Positions 13,728-29,124 of a stretch of DNA of 64,000 nucleotides are shown here, piece by piece. Source of the stretch: the human T2T-CHM13v2.0 reference genome, Homo sapiens. How positions within the stretch are numbered: position 1 is the first letter of the stretch; each line of letters begins with the position of its first letter. A program made the position numbers and the translations under genes. Location of the stretch: NCBI RefSeq assembly GCF_009914755.1, contig NC_060926.1. One strand, given 5' to 3'. The notes below the pieces were generated by a model, which saw only the letters and a program-made list of their open reading frames with translations, ran no database searches and was not told the origin of the DNA.

Positions 13728-16510
13728 CTGTAAAATAATAGTACGAAACTTGAACTTTCTTATCTTTATATATAGTATGCAGACAGTAACAATTTTCATG
13801 TTTCTGTAAAATAACAAAATCTGAACTTTTCTTATTTTTCATATAAAGCACATATATAATATGAATTTTTATCTCTATCTTCCCCATAATATCCTTCTGT
13901 AGCTCCTCATCCAGCTTTGCTCAGATACTGTTTCTCCCACAGCCCTCTAGAATGAAGGTCATTCTTTTCCCCTTTTCTTAACTCAGTGAAAGAGGAGAAG
14001 CAACAGGCTTTCTCCCTGCAGCTCCTCCTAGGCCATGGGTCCACTTCATTAGTATCCCTCCATCATCCAAATATTTATTGTCCAAGGATGTCAACTACCT
14101 TCCTCAACTAATTTAAATTCTATTTCACAGCTTTCTTCATTTGTCTAGAAAGCGTTACAATCCATGCGGACAGCCATCTAACACAAGTGATCTTGTCAGC
14201 TCCATGACCTTTGTCAACCATTTGCCACAGTGAACCCTTAAATCTCATCACTCTACATTCTCCACCTGAGTCCTCTATGTACACCTATCCTCCTCCGACT
14301 CTCTCCTCTCCTCTTCCATTCTCCTCACCTTTCCACTCTCCTCACCTTTCACTTTTCCCTATCAACCCACCTTCTCTCCTTATTAGCATCTCCAATCACA
14401 TTAGTGCTCACATCCAACACTAATGAAAGCTAACATGTAAATTTCAAAAGTCCTCTTCGGGCTGCAAAGTGCTCTCCTATTGATTACTTCACAAACACCT
14501 TGACAAATTAAATTCTCAGTTCTCATCCACACTGATCTCCAGGACACTAAATGAAAATGACCTACACATTCTTCCTGTGGCTTCCAAGGCACGACCTTAT
14601 CTTGAACTTTTCATCTTCTAGACTCTCCTCTCATGTCCTAAAAAATGTGGTAGCATAACTATGCACCAGACTCACTATATGTAAGGCTCTGTGCTTCGTA
14701 CTTTGGAGGATATAAAGATGTAAGACAAAATAGTTGCTGACCTTAAGTAGCTTATGTCGTAATAGGAAGAGACTGGATAAACATGCACAATTTAAAAACT
14801 GCAGTATGACACACAGCATAAGAGTCCATTTTGACTTCAGCTTTCATCTTTCTTCACACCGATCATCTTAGTCGCTCCCATGCAACTCTCTATCCTAGTA
14901 ACTAATTGCCAAATTTCCATCACCAGCCTTGATTTCTTGCCCAGATTCCAGTACTAGATTTCCCAATGTCTACTGGCCACAGGCTCCTGAATGTCTTATC
15001 AGCCCTCAAACTAAACATATCCAAACCCAATTTCATCTTATTTTCCCATCTCAATTCCAATTCTCATCCCCAGACCTGTGAGAAGACAAAACAGTAGCAG
15101 CAGCATTTCTGCCAGATACAAAATTCCTATAAATGCAGGGAGGATATTAGCATACTTTGCTGACAGGCTGAAAATAATCAGAGAGCAGTGACGGGCAAGG
15201 TAAAAATAACATTAATCGTCACTTTTAAAATTGTTTTTATGAAATTCTCTATGAAGATCCAGGTTCAAGACTTTTAAAAGTTTGTATCCCAAATTCTAGC
15301 AGGATAGCACTTTACCCGTCCTCAGTAAGAATGTGTTCATGAATGAACAACTGTTGCAACTATCATGTGTATTTGTCAACAAGTATCATGTGCTGACTCT
15401 GGGCACAGCAACACACAAAAGAATACCAAGGCAGAGGCCTTCAGGAAACTTATTAATGAGTATAAAGCAATTACTTAAGATAGCATATTATATAATTAAC
15501 AAGGCTATATGGAACCTTGAAGGATACAGTCTGGTGGTTCTGTATCGCAAATTGGGGGACCAGTGTCAGATGAGTCAATGGCAGATTGAGAAAAACAGGC
15601 ATTATAAGAAGTTTTCTAGAAAGCTACATATATTCCATTTTGAAAACTCTTCTTTGACTTTTTATGTCTTCTAGTTTTTAATATTAAAGTTTCCTTTCTT
15701 TGATATGACATGTTAACATGGTAATGACAGGGGGGAGGTGCTTTTATGTTTTAAAATAATGTTGTAACATGGCAAAATGAAACATAAACACATTGACTCG
15801 TGACTCCCTGTTTTTGTTTAACTGCCTTATAACTAATAGAAAAACAAACTTCAATCTATTATTAATTAGTAAAGCCCAAACCATATCATTCATCAGAGGA
15901 GAAAATTTACAATATTATTTTTTACTTTATACATCAGTTCACTTCTATCCTGGGGGAAAACCAATTTAAAGTACAGAAAGAAATAAGCTTGTTTAAAATA
16001 AAAAGAAACTAAAATGAAAAATCAAATCTATATGAAGTATGAAGCCACTTAGAGCTAAACTTATTATAGAAAATATAAAAATTCCTCTGAAAGGATTATA
16101 GCAAGGACACGCGGCAGAACAAACACATTGACTCCTGTCAGTGAACATTAACACCGTCTGCTCTGAGCATCGGCCTCCTCCAGCCCCTGTGCATTCTTTC
16201 CTCCTGTTTATCTGCAGCAAGCTCTACCCTGATGAAGGCAGAGCCTCCTCCTGATGTGGTAGTCAATGGCAGTGCCCCACAGCTGCTGTGAGCCGTAGAA
16301 GGAAAGTCGGAAGCAGCTGCGTTAATAGCACACTGAGCCCACCCACTCCTCAGCACACTACTGTGTGGGATCCAAAGCCCACACAGACATCCCCAGCAAG
16401 TCATCTCTCCCCACACAACCTAAAATCAGATCCCCATTAAATCCACTCCATATAGAGGTCAGTCGACCAACAGCTTTCCATACAGTGTTCTCTCCGCACA
16501 GATGTTTTAC

Positions 16511-16609
16511 CTTATCTACAGCAGACACTTTAGCACCTTTATCTAGCAGCAGCTCCACCACTTCAATGTTTCTCATCTTGGTAGCCTTTATAAGTGGCGT
16601 TTCACCATC
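16511..16609 (-). CDS. KIDINS220: KIDINS220 exon 11, ankyrin repeat ([33 protein letters not shown])
   Basis: 99 nt, ccacag| ... |GTAAAA; overlaps ORF 16358..16621. Confidence 0.96.
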
Positions 16610-17941
16610 CTGTGGGCACAAATAAGAACATTTGCCAGATTAATAGCTTGACTCCTGTGTTTATGTCATACAAATGCACATGTCAAGAAATATCTGACTC
16701 TGGTAACAGCCTATATTTAAAACCCTCTCAAGAAAACATAAAAGCTAACAACAAAAAAATGCTTTTCCTTTACACCCACTCATTTGTATCAAAGTGACTG
16801 TAAATCACGTAGCCAGGTGTGGGACCTGCCCCAGCTGCTCGTAAGCTACAGCCGGCAGCAGTGGCTGCTTCTGCCCTACCCCAGGTTCTACCACTGACCT
16901 GGGGCAGCTCCCCTCCAGAGGCTACTTCCCGTTCTCCCCACCGACCAACCCACAGCCCAGCCTGTCAACGTCCAGGTAAGCCAGTGTCCAGAGTTTTTCA
17001 GAAATGTATACCAACATCACTTCAATTCTCAGTGAAACCATTTGAAACAAGCAGTATGCCTTCAGAAAACCTCAAAAGAGTTCATGATTGCTTTCAAAAC
17101 CAAAGGAAGGGAAACAAGAAGAGACCACAATTCAGCACTGAGTTAGACAAAAATCTGGTCAGAAGCCACAGGTAGTCACCCTGGCTGACACCAAGGTCCA
17201 AAAGAAAAAGAAAAAAGAGGATTAAGGAGCCACCTGCAAACCAGAAGGTATCTCAGAAATTTTCTATCCTGGGGTACTGGAAGTACCATCACTGATTTAG
17301 AAATTGGCCGGTCCTGATCTACAGCAGATGACATAGGATTGTCTTATGGATGACTCTATAATTTTGCTTTATTCATTAAGAATTCCTGCCATATCAACCC
17401 AGAATTCCAAATATATTTTCCCCATAGAAAATGATTACACATACGCTAAATAGGAGACCACAGTATTAGATAATTTTTTATTTTTTACACAATTTGAGTA
17501 AAACAGTTGAAAGTAGCTAGTCTGGGGAACCAACCACCAGTCACATGGTTATTTATGTATTCATTTAAAGAGACAGGGTCTCACTATATTGCCCAGGCTG
17601 GCCTGGAACTCCTGAGCACACGCCATCTCCCCACAAAGGAATGTGTTCAGATAACAGTGGCATAAATGAATTTGGGAGAGATGAGCTGTCCAAATAATAA
17701 CAATTTATGAATGGCTGATATTGCACTTCCTGAGAAGTATTTAATTGAAGTAACAACACACTGTATTTTGCTATGAATACACAAATCCTGAAAGGATACA
17801 AAGTTACTCCTCAATGTGATAGAGAATATTACCAGTAAAATCAGTGTAACTCTAACATCAAACAAAGACGACTGAAATAAAATGAGCAGTACTAACATTC
17901 AGCATAAGGTGCTGCTAACAGAATAGAAATGCCATTTATAC

Positions 17942-18040
17942 CTTTGTGCATATTTCAGTGTCAGGATTGCACTGTAAGATATCTCTCACCATTGTTGCAT
18001 TTCCTTTCTCAACAGCCCAATACAAAGCAGTTTTATTATC
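17942..18040 (-). CDS. KIDINS220: KIDINS220 exon 10, ankyrin repeat ([33 protein letters not shown])
   Basis: 99 nt, atctag| ... |GTATAA. Confidence 0.96.
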
Positions 18041-19011
18041 CTAGATAATTAAAAAAAACACAATCACTTCATGTAAGATACAATATTTAAAACTGCTACT
18101 TATAAATACAAAACATTTCTGTCAGAAAGCATTCCAACAGGCAGCATGGTAGGAAATACTATTAATCCTTATGCTATCTTGGAGTTACTTTTGAGAAATT
18201 CTTTGTGAAAGAAGCCTAGGAAAACTTCGTATTACTTAACCTAAAAAGTAGCAATCCCACATAGTTAATAAACTACACTTTTGTAATGTAATCAGATTTC
18301 AGGAACACACACTGGGTTAGGAGTCATCAGTACCTGAACCCTGTAAACTCAGACATGTCACTTGGCTATTCTGACCCTTAGATTTTCATCTGTAACATGC
18401 TGTAAGTATTGCCCAATTTTTCAAAAGATAATGCACGAAAATGTACTTCACAAATATAAGGCATTATCATTTTTAGCTTTCTTAATTTCCATCCATCCCA
18501 TACCCCTATAACTGCCTTGATCAGATCTTTAAAATCTTATCTAGCTCAAAACCCAAAAATCAATCCACACAGACCTTGAAAGTAGAGCTAGAGAACAACA
18601 AAAAAACGAACTCAAACACAGAAGAGGACTCACAGACGCAAGGAAGTTAGGTAAAAGTCCAAGTAGGTGGCCTAGAACCCATCTTTAGTGGCAATGTGAT
18701 TTTAACCCAGGAGATAATGAATGACTTTTGCAGCAGCCACATTAAGTTCCTAATACCAAAATTTCCTCAACAGTTTCTCTTCTAAAAAATGTACACTAGC
18801 TGCCCAACTCAAACTTCCCAGGCCCTACCCGCCTCCCATTTCATTTCTCCACCTCTCCCCACCATCCCCACCACCATGCCTACCATCCCACTGCCCAATG
18901 CCAAATGATTCATTCACTAGCTATGAAATGCGGTCTTTCACTTTCTAATTTTCTCTAATTTTCTCATCCTATTACAACTCCCCTTGCCTGAAACACCCAG
19001 CTTTCCTTTTC

Positions 19012-19175
19012 TATTTTTTTTTTTTAAGAGACAAGGTCTTACTCTGTCACCCAGGCTAGAGTGCAATGGCACAGTCACAGCTCACTATAACCTCAAACTC
19101 CTGGGCTCAAGGGATCTTCCCACCTCAGCCTCCCCAAAGTGCTGGGATTACAGGCATCAGCAACCCCGCCAGGCT
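19012..19175 (-). mobile_element. Alu monomer/fragment
   Basis: Short reverse Alu match. Confidence 0.85.
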
Positions 19176-20138
19176 CTTCACCTACCTAAATCCAACTCAT
19201 CTTCAAACTTAGCTCAAGTTCTACCTTCTTCCAAAAGCCCCAGACCTTAAGGCCTTCTTTCCCTACCTCAAGACTCATACTTGAACCTTTTGCTAGGCAA
19301 TCAATCATATACCATCTTGTGGCTTCACTTTTTATGTTAAAAGCATAAAAATAAACAAACTAAAATCTCTCAAATTAAAATACATGTGTCTTAAAGACAA
19401 GGGGCCCATGTTAATTCCCCCATAACATTTGGCATAATAGTTATAGTTTGATTCAAAAATGGATTTTGATACAAGAGATTTTTGGCCAAATACAAGAAAA
19501 AACTGAGCAGAAATGTAGACTGTCCAACAACAAAATGAAGACGCCAAGAACTTTTTCTAAAGTCTAAAGCTCTTGAAGTATTTGATAAATTCACAACTGT
19601 GGGCAAGGCTTTTATCTAAAATTAATAATCTTTGTGGTTCTATGAACTATGATTGCCTTAAGCAATGTCCATAGGCACTACCAAGTGGTCCTAGGAAAGG
19701 CAGGCACAGTGGGGAAAAGGGAGAAGAAAATAAAACAACAACAGTAGAAGAACAGCAGATGGAGGAAGAAGACAAAACAGGGAGAAAACACTAAAAAAAA
19801 TAAATAAGTACCAGATATTCAAAGTGTCACCGACTCTCTCAGTATCACTAACTACTCATTATAGTTCTGAGGATTGAATCTATATATACCCATTAGTAAG
19901 GACAGTATATTCTAAAAACATGAGCTTTTTTGGTTTACCTCTATCTACATTTAACTCGACATTAATATAGAAATTTTACAATAATGGCAGTGAAACTTAG
20001 TAATAATATACGTCTGTTAAATGTACTAGGGTTTACAAGTTTATCTCCATAGGAAAGTGGGAAGAATAACATTATGATCAGTCAACACTTACATGCAATT
20101 ATACTCTAAGATAGCAACTGCACTGTAATCACACATAC

Positions 20139-20237
20139 CTGTCCTCTAATGTCTATATCAGCATATTTTTGGAGAAGCGCTCGAACAATTTCAACATGAC
20201 CACCTCTGACAGCGCCAATCAACACAGTATCCCCACT
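20139..20237 (-). CDS. KIDINS220: KIDINS220 exon 9, ankyrin repeat ([33 protein letters not shown])
   Basis: 99 nt, tcttag| ... |GTATGT. Confidence 0.96.
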
Positions 20238-21189
20238 CTAAGAAGACAGAAAATAAAAACAAAAACAAGGTAAATTGACAACAAATAAGCACTCTTTTTA
20301 AGTTACAGTTAATCATGTTTTCATATTTTTTTCTAAAAATTTCTTGGAAAAAGTCTACCTCTAAATAAGAGAAAAATGTTACTTAACTAATATGAATATC
20401 TGATATTAACAGATATCAGAGTAAGGGACAGAGGACTTTATGCCCCAAAATGAGGACTCTGAAATTCCTAAACAAAGTTTAGAAAGACCAGTTACCCAGA
20501 ACAATAATCTATTCTCTTTGAAGGTAACCGCCTATTACAAATGTAAATTAAATACAATGACGTTGTGGCTGTCAATGAACCAAATGAACATTTTAAAATC
20601 ATATAGTAAAAATATCTTGGAATAATGCTATATGACGAAAGCCATGAATTCTAAAAAAACGGAGCTATAAAGCTAAAACTATCAGTGAATCTACAGCCAC
20701 ATTCAATTAAGGGAGAAAGTTCCCCGAGCAGCATCCATGAAAACCTAGTGGATTTGACAGTTACAGGCCAGTAGTGCATTAAGACTGACTCATTCCCCAG
20801 CATAAGACTAAGTTCACAACCTCATGAGGACATTGCTCTCCCCTGAAACTATATTCACCAAGCAGCAATCATTTTTAGTTATATCTACCTATACTTAAAA
20901 TACTGGAAACAGCTATTTTGGAAATGGGCATAAATATTTTATTATTTACTGCTAACTTAAAAATCAGTTGTAGTCTTTTGTGTTGAATGAGCCCATGGGC
21001 TGCAGCTCAATTCAATCCTGAGTGGACCTTAAAAGTACTATGAAATAAATCAGGATGCAGGTCCTTAAGGGTTATTAAGTTCAGCACCATGCTGTAGTGT
21101 GTTAACTACCACATTTATAGCAGAAATAAACCAAAGGCAGACAAATTTTAGTTGGGAACATTGGCATTAACATGGGTGCAGACTAGTAA

Positions 21190-22385
21190 ACTTCTTAAAT
21201 GTGCCATCCACCATTCTAGGTACTAGGAAACAAGACAGACGCAGTCCTACCTCTGGAAGAATTTACAGCCTGGCAGAGAAGACAACATACAATAAACAAA
21301 AAATCATACAAACACTATGCAAATAAAATAAGGTAATGTTCTAGAAAGTGACTACCAGGTAGGCTGGGCATGATGGCTTATGCCTGTAATCTCACCACTT
21401 TAAGAGGCCAAGGCAGGAGAAATCACTTGAGGCCAGGAGTTCGAGACCAGCCTGGTCAACATAGTGAGACCCTGTCTCTCAAAACAAAACAAGAATTAGC
21501 CAGGCGTGGTGGCATGCACCTGTAGTCCCAGCTACTTGGGAGGCTAAGGCAAGGAGGATCGCTTGAGTCTAGGAAGTTGAGGCCACAGTGAGCTGTGATC
21601 ACACCACTGCACTCCAGCCTGGGTAACAGAATAACACCCTGTCTCAAAAAAAGTGATCACGTAACTACTTCGGATTAAGTAGTTGAAGACCTTCCCGAGG
21701 AGGAAACCTTGAAGCTGAGGTGAGAATGACAAGAAGGAGCCAAGATCAGCATTCCAGACTAAGAGCACAGCTGCTGCAAAGGCCCCACAGCAGGAACAAG
21801 CTCAGTGCATTCAAGAAAGGGAAAGAAGCAAACATGGCTGCAGGCTATGAAAACTGGCAGAAGAGGGGTACAAAGTGGGGAGAGAGGTTGGGCAAAGACA
21901 ATGTCATGTCATGTCTATAACTAAAAAGATAACATTCATCCTCAGTGCAACAGGAAGTCTTGGATGACTTTAAACAAAGAAGTACACACGAGATTTATTG
22001 TTTTAAAGATCACTCCAAGATCAGAGTGGAGAACCCAGTTGCAAAGCTACTGCTTTGACAGTAGCACCACCAGAGACAGTGGCTTCAGCTGGGAAGTGAT
22101 AGTGGAATGAAGACAAGTGGACAGATAAAGGATTTGTTTTGGAGTAAAGTCAACAAAGCCTGCTGGAGGGCAGATGAGGAAAAGAGAGAAATCAAGGCTA
22201 ATGCACAGGATTTGGGGCTTCAACAAGAGGCTGAATGATGGTACCACTTGCTGAGATGGAGAATGAGGGAAAGCAGGTTTGGGGTGAAAAAAGCAAGGCA
22301 TCTGTTTTATTGTAAGTTTAAGAGGCCAATTAGACATTCAAGTGGAGCGTTCAGGTAGAGGTGGATCAGTAAGTGTGAGCTCAAA
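21190..22385 (+). mobile_element. L2 remnant interrupted by an Alu
   Basis: L2-like motifs (ctaggtactaggaaacaagacagac..., tagacattcaagtggag). Confidence 0.65.
21362..21652 (+). mobile_element. Alu (J-like)
   Basis: Dimeric Alu. Confidence 0.94.
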
Positions 22386-22668
22386 GAAGTTAGGGCACAA
22401 GAAAGCACACCTACAGTGACACATCAAGGTCAGTCACAGACTAATAGCACATGTGACATTTTCAATAACAACATTATTTGACAAAAATTAAAAAGGACAT
22501 TTTTCAGAACTATTGAACAGTTTTTAACTTACTAGTTTCAAAGGCAGAAATAAACTTATTTTAAAACAAGTTTATGTCATGCATGAGAATCTTGAAAGGT
22601 AATAAGACACTAAGGTCACCTTTCATCCACTTCACCACTAGGAGACAAATGTGAAATAGATGACCTAC

Positions 22669-22866
22669 CCTGTCAGGTATGTTCACATATGTTCCAGCGT
22701 CGAGCAGATCCTGCACAATCTCCGTATGTCCCTCCTTTGATGCAATCATCAAAGCTGTATTTCCATCTTTATCTGTTAAGTTTACATTTGGATTCCTCTT
22801 CAAAATTTCTTTTACTGACTGTGTGTAACCTCCTTTCACTGCCACAATAAGTGCAGTCATTGAATT
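22669..22866 (-). CDS. KIDINS220: KIDINS220 exon 8, two ankyrin repeats ([13 protein letters not shown]...YVNIPDR)
   Basis: 198 nt, ttttag| ... |GTAGGT; overlaps ORF 22561..22860. Confidence 0.96.
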
Positions 22867-23466
22867 CTAAAAACAACAACAACAAAAACAAAACAAAACA
22901 CAAGCCCAAGAAATTAATGTATTCTAGAAAATATATGATTTATGCCATAATCATAAAACTAATGTTTTCAAATAGGTGGCCTATTATTGTCATTTCCAAT
23001 AGTAAAATGCCAAAATAAATAGCAAGAAACATACCAAAAATGGCTAGGAGGTATCTTTTGTTTTTGAAAATACATTAATGATCTTCAGTCATTAGAGCTA
23101 TTATGAAGTTCAGTTATTTAAATGATAATCTGAAATTGGACTCATTTACAATAAACTAACTCAGTAATGAAGGATAAAATAGTTGGCAGGGTGACTATTT
23201 TAACACCTATATAGAATGTGTTTATATATAAACACATTCTAAATTAAATAATCCAAAGTCAGGTGAATCAGACTTCAAGAATTCTTTATAATAAAACCCA
23301 TAAAAAACACTAAAGTAAACAATGAATTAATAGCCATGAGCTATTTCAAGAAAAGTGTAATATACTGTTTGGCTTTCATAGTAACCTAGAAACTACATTT
23401 TCAAAACCTGTCTTATTTTAAGTAATTCTTTTAAAAATTGCACATCTATTTTATAACAATAAATCA

Positions 23467-23600
23467 GGCCAGGTACGATGACCCACACCTATAATCCCAA
23501 AGCTTAAGGAGGCCAAGGCAGGAGGATCATTTGAGGCCAGGAGTTCAAGACCAGCCTAGGCAACATATGAGACTCTGTCTCTAAATAAACAAACAATAAA
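23467..23600 (+). mobile_element. FLAM / Alu left monomer
   Basis: Monomer with A-rich tail and TSD acaataaatca. Confidence 0.85.
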
Positions 23601-24464
23601 TCAACTAAGAGAAGAATGTGACTCACTACCAGAAGTAGTATTAAAACTGCTTCTTGAGATGTTCATCTACTTCAAGCTGTCATACAATTTCCCTATAGAA
23701 ATATTTTGGGTCAGCCCCCAAAATTGAGCTGTCATTCTCCCACATATTAAAATAACACAGCCTTTTCAAATTCTTGAGCCATCAATCATCACAGAAACAA
23801 GCCACTTGTTCACTTGACCAACTGTCCAGAGGAGGCAGGTGGAAGGTATGTCATCTGCAGCTGCCTACGGACTATGCTGCCTCCACCAGCACAAAAACAG
23901 GGCCTACGCCTTGAAGGTTTGCAATGAGTCAGCTCCTGCCAGTATGCAAACAGGAGGAACTGGTTGATAGTGTGCCAAAAAGTATGACATAAAGAGTTTA
24001 CTCTTGTTTCACTATGACCCAAGATCTGGTACTGTCTCTTCTCAGAATCCTTTATGATCCACTCATGTAACATACTAATTCTATAAATAGCAGTCTGTAT
24101 TATTTTAACTGTTTCTTATGCATAAATATTGTTTCTTTTAACCATATTCTTATAGGCTCAAGGGAAAAGTGATATTAGGCTTCTTCACCTCTCCAACACA
24201 ACTGGCACAGGCTGGGGAATGAGGAATTAAAAATTGCTAATCAGTAAGATGTATCTAACCAGTTTTTAAGCTTTCTGGCTTCTGACAGCTGATTTCTGAT
24301 TTTTAAAAATCTGTTCATTGAAGAGGGAAAATAAGGCACAGCTAAAAATATCCCAAAAATTACAATATTACTTTAAATTTTATAAGAAAAATATTTTAAT
24401 GCAGCACAATGTTTTCCCCAATATTAAAAACCATTTGATTTGAACAGTTTATTAAACAATTTGT

Positions 24465-25405
24465 ACTACGTATAGGAAAAAACAAACTCCATTTCACATA
24501 AATTCTTACAACACTAAATACTTCTATGACCAGATGTGTGGGGTTTTTCCACATCCATCAAGCAATCAATTCTGCAGCAGACACCAGCTGGGTATTCTCC
24601 AACTCAATTCTGACACTACCTACCTGGAGGTAGCATCAGACCCCACAGGCAAGTGTTCGGTGCCCAAGACTGCCCCCGCTTCCCATGCCAATGAAAGCTC
24701 AGGTTGTCTGACTGGCTGTAAATTGGAGCTCCCACAACCCCCTCCTTGGCTTTGATTGATTTGCTAGAGCAGTTCACACAGTTCAGGGAAGTACTATTTA
24801 CCAGTTTCCATAAGGGATATTTTAAAGGATAGAAATGAGCAGGCAGATGAAGATACACATAGGATGAGGTCTGAAAGGGTCCTGAGCACAGGAGCTTCTG
24901 TCCCCATGGAGCTGCGCTATGCCACCCTCCCAGTACGGGGATGTGTTCTTGGCCATCTTCCTGGAAGCCCCCTGAACTCAGTCCTTTTGGGTTTTTATGT
25001 GGGCTTCATTATGAAGGCATGATTTATTAAATCATTGGTCAATGATGATCAATGCAATCTTTAGCTCCTCTCCCCTCCCCAGAGGTGGTGGGTTAGGGCT
25101 GTGAGTTCCAACCCTCTGAGCACATGGTTGGTGTCCCTGGCAACCAGCACCTCAACCAGTGGGGTTATCTAGAAACTTTCCAAAAATAACCTCATTAACA
25201 TAAGCTCAAGTGTGGTTAAAAGGGGCTTATGATAAGTAACAAAAGACTGTATTTCATCTTTATCACTCTGGAACTGATCCAGAGCTGTTTCAAGAACCCA
25301 GGACAAAAGGCCAAATATAACCAAAGATACTCTTATTGCTGTAGTCACTTATGAAATTACACAGGTTATAGGAGCAGTCAGCCAGGAACCACGGACAAAA
25401 ACCAA
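24465..25405. mobile_element. MER21-like LTR
   Basis: Recalled MER21 motifs gacaccagctggg...caattctgacact...ctacctggag...cagaccccacagg. Confidence 0.75.
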
Positions 25406-25409
25406 AATA

Positions 25410-25733
25410 TGCACAGCACATTTTGATTAATGACAGATGGCATATATGACATAAGTTCCATAAGATTATGATACTGGACTTTCATTGTACTTTTTCTGTG
25501 TTTAGGTATGTTTAGATAAAGAAATACCATTGTCTCCCAACTGCCTGCAGTATTCAGTACGGTAACACACTGCACAGGCCTAGAAGCAACAGGCCATACC
25601 ATAGAGCCTAGGAACGGAGTAGGCTATACCAGCCAGATGTGTGTAAGTGCACTCTATGATGTTCCCACAATGGCAAAATCACCGATGACACATTTCTTAG
25701 AACGTATCCCTGTCATTAAGCGACACATAACTC
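25410..25733 (-). mobile_element. Tigger3a/MER7-like non-autonomous DNA transposon
   Basis: Matches recalled consensus, ending catttcttagaacgtatccctgtcattaagcgacacataact. Confidence 0.8.
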
Positions 25734-26009
25734 TCTATATATCACACTAGGATCACTGAAAGCTATTCTTTATACTTTTAGCCTCCCCAGTTGTGTGTGC
25801 ATTAGCAACAGATCCTTAAAAGCATCTATTTATAGTATATATGTTTATAATATAACATTCTTAGAGTAACAGGAAATGCTTGTTTTCCTGTTACTATCAT
25901 TTTAGAACTAGAGGGAAATTTCTCTAGGCATACACTAAAGAAATAAATTCTCTCTCTTAAAATAAAAAACATGTTTCTATTGCCAAGCATTAAAATATAA
26001 GATACTTAC

Positions 26010-26108
26010 AGCTCCTTCTTGATCCACATCAGCTCCCATGGCCAATAAATGTTTCACACATTCCAAATGACCCTTTCGTGCAGCCCAAACTAAAGGGGTG
26101 GTTCCATA
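26010..26108 (-). CDS. KIDINS220: KIDINS220 exon 7, ankyrin repeat ([33 protein letters not shown])
   Basis: 99 nt, taatag| ... |GTAAGT. Confidence 0.96.
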
Positions 26109-26330
26109 CTATTAAAACAAACAATAAATTTAAAATTATTATAAAAAGTATACTCAAAGAAACTAGCTCTTAACATGAATTTTAATAAAAATCTTACTTT
26201 TTATCATTCTCATAAAACTGTATACATTTATCGTAATTGTAATCTTAGATAAATCCTATTTCTCCCATTTTATTTCTCCTGAGTAGATTAACCAGTCCAT
26301 GAAATGTCTTTTAACCAACCTTATTTAACC

Positions 26331-26619
26331 TTTTCTTGAGACAGAGTCTCACTCTGTCACCCAGGCTGGAATGCAGTAGTGCAATCTTGGCTCACTGCAA
26401 TCTCTGCCTCCCGGCTCAAGCAATTCTCCTGCCTCAGCCTCCTGAGTAGCTGGAATTACAGGTATGCACCACCACAAATGGCTCATTTTTTCGTATTTTC
26501 AGTAGAGACGGGTTTTGCCATGTTGGCCAGGCTGGTCTTGAACTCCTGACCTCAAGTGATCTGCCTACCTCAGCCTCCCCAAGTGCTGGGATTACAGACA
26601 TGAACCACTGTGCCAGGCT
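26331..26619 (-). mobile_element. Alu (S-like)
   Basis: Reverse Alu, TSD cttatttaac. Confidence 0.95.
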
Positions 26620-27131
26620 CTTATTTAACTATTATAATGAGTGACAATGTTTCCATCATAAGGTAACATAGCCCCAAATTTTCAACAAGCTTTCATCGCT
26701 TCCCATATCTTATGAAACAGAATTTAAAGTCCAGCAGTCTGACTGTAGGCAGGAATAGTAACAACCAAGTGCCAAACAAACTAAAGTGGCCTAACCACTT
26801 TACATGGGTCTACGTGTGTGATCCTTATCGTAAGAACAATTCACAGTATCACATTTTCACAGATGAGGACACTGAGGCCCTAAGAGGTTAATTCATAGGC
26901 AAAGGTCACAAAGCTATCAAGAGGTGGGACAAGACCCATGAGCCCTTGAAACTGCACTCAAAAGCACCTTTCCCTGAAACATGATTCAAAAGGCATCCAG
27001 GAATATAAATCATGCATTAGCCACATTGCCTGCCTCTGGGGAGGCTAGCGATCAGCAGACACATGAATGTCCACAGTGACCTTTCAGTACATGGAGCCCA
27101 CAGATAATTTAATTTAATCTACTCTCTGTGA

Positions 27132-27352
27132 CAGCCCTGTCCAGTAGAACTTTCTGTGTTGATGGAAATACTCTATAATTCTGTGCTGTGAGATACAGTA
27201 GTCACTAGTCAAATAATGACGATTAAGCACTTGAATGCTATGTGGCTACTGTGACTGATGAACTGAGTTCTTTTCTTTTTCATTTCATTTTAATTAATGT
27301 AAGTCTAAGTAGTCCTGTGCTAGTGGCTACTGTACTGAGCAGAGTCGCTCTA
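27132..27352. mobile_element. MER3-like hAT-Charlie element
   Basis: ctgtccagtagaactttctg...gtggctactgtactg motifs. Confidence 0.75.
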
Positions 27353-27579
27353 TAAATCATGTCAGGCACCACAGCAACCAACCACACTGTTGAGGGCTGG
27401 AGCCCTGGACAGGCTTCCCAGATGGATGAAGACTCCATGACAGACAGAATCACAAGGTTGCCAATACAGCACATGGGAGCCAGCACCTCACAAAACGAGG
27501 AAGAGAATGGAGGGAAAGCAGCTGCCACAGCCACCGCCTCAAAGCAGGCTTAGGAAGAACGAATAAGAAATACAGGATG

Positions 27580-27981
<402 letters not shown>

Positions 27982-28740
27982 TTACTCTGGCTAAAATGCC
28001 TTTCCTAACTTTACAATATCAATATCTTAGATATCTTCAAACATAATACACATAGAAAATCACCCTTCATAAAGCCTTTTAAAAATATACTTATTGTAAC
28101 TGAGTTCTCATCCTTTGAATATCTATTGTATTGGATTTCTGCCCTTCTGATGCAACTGAACTATCCACGATTATATGCTATGATTTCTGCTCCTTCCCCT
28201 GCCTCAGCACATGAGCCGGCTAGTCCTCACCCACTCCCATTAGGGAGACAGTCCCACTTTCAACATTACAAAGAATTCCTGACATCCAGCAAGACCTTCC
28301 CTCACCTTGCATGCTGTCTGCTTCAAAACAGCTCTGCAGCCACAGTCTGAACTACCTCAATAAGTCTCTCATCTCTCAAATTCTGGTCTCTATCCCTTCT
28401 CAATCTAATCCCTTTATGTGTATTCCTGACCCTATGGTCCTCTTTCACCCAGGCCCTTACTCAATAATCTCCTGCCACATCATCAGTCTTTTCTTCTTAT
28501 TCCCTCTTCCTAATAGGTCTCTGAATGAGGTCCTTCTCATGTGGGTCTCTCCTGTTCTAACAAATTTTTCCAACAGGCTACCCTCTGAAGATAATCACTG
28601 TTCTTTCTTTTAAGCTTTTCAAGATAATTTATAACCCCTTACCAAACCCCCCTAAAAAACTAGTTTCTGCTATAAACATTACAAAACCACCATTTCAGAG
28701 GTCACCCAAATAGTTACCTAAACTCCAGATCTATGTATCT

Positions 28741-29124
<384 letters not shown>

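Noticed and set aside
16138-16416. 92-aa minus-strand ORF in a relatively GC-rich part of intron 11
   Set aside because: GTG start, no domain and no convincing splice-site pair; cannot support an exon.
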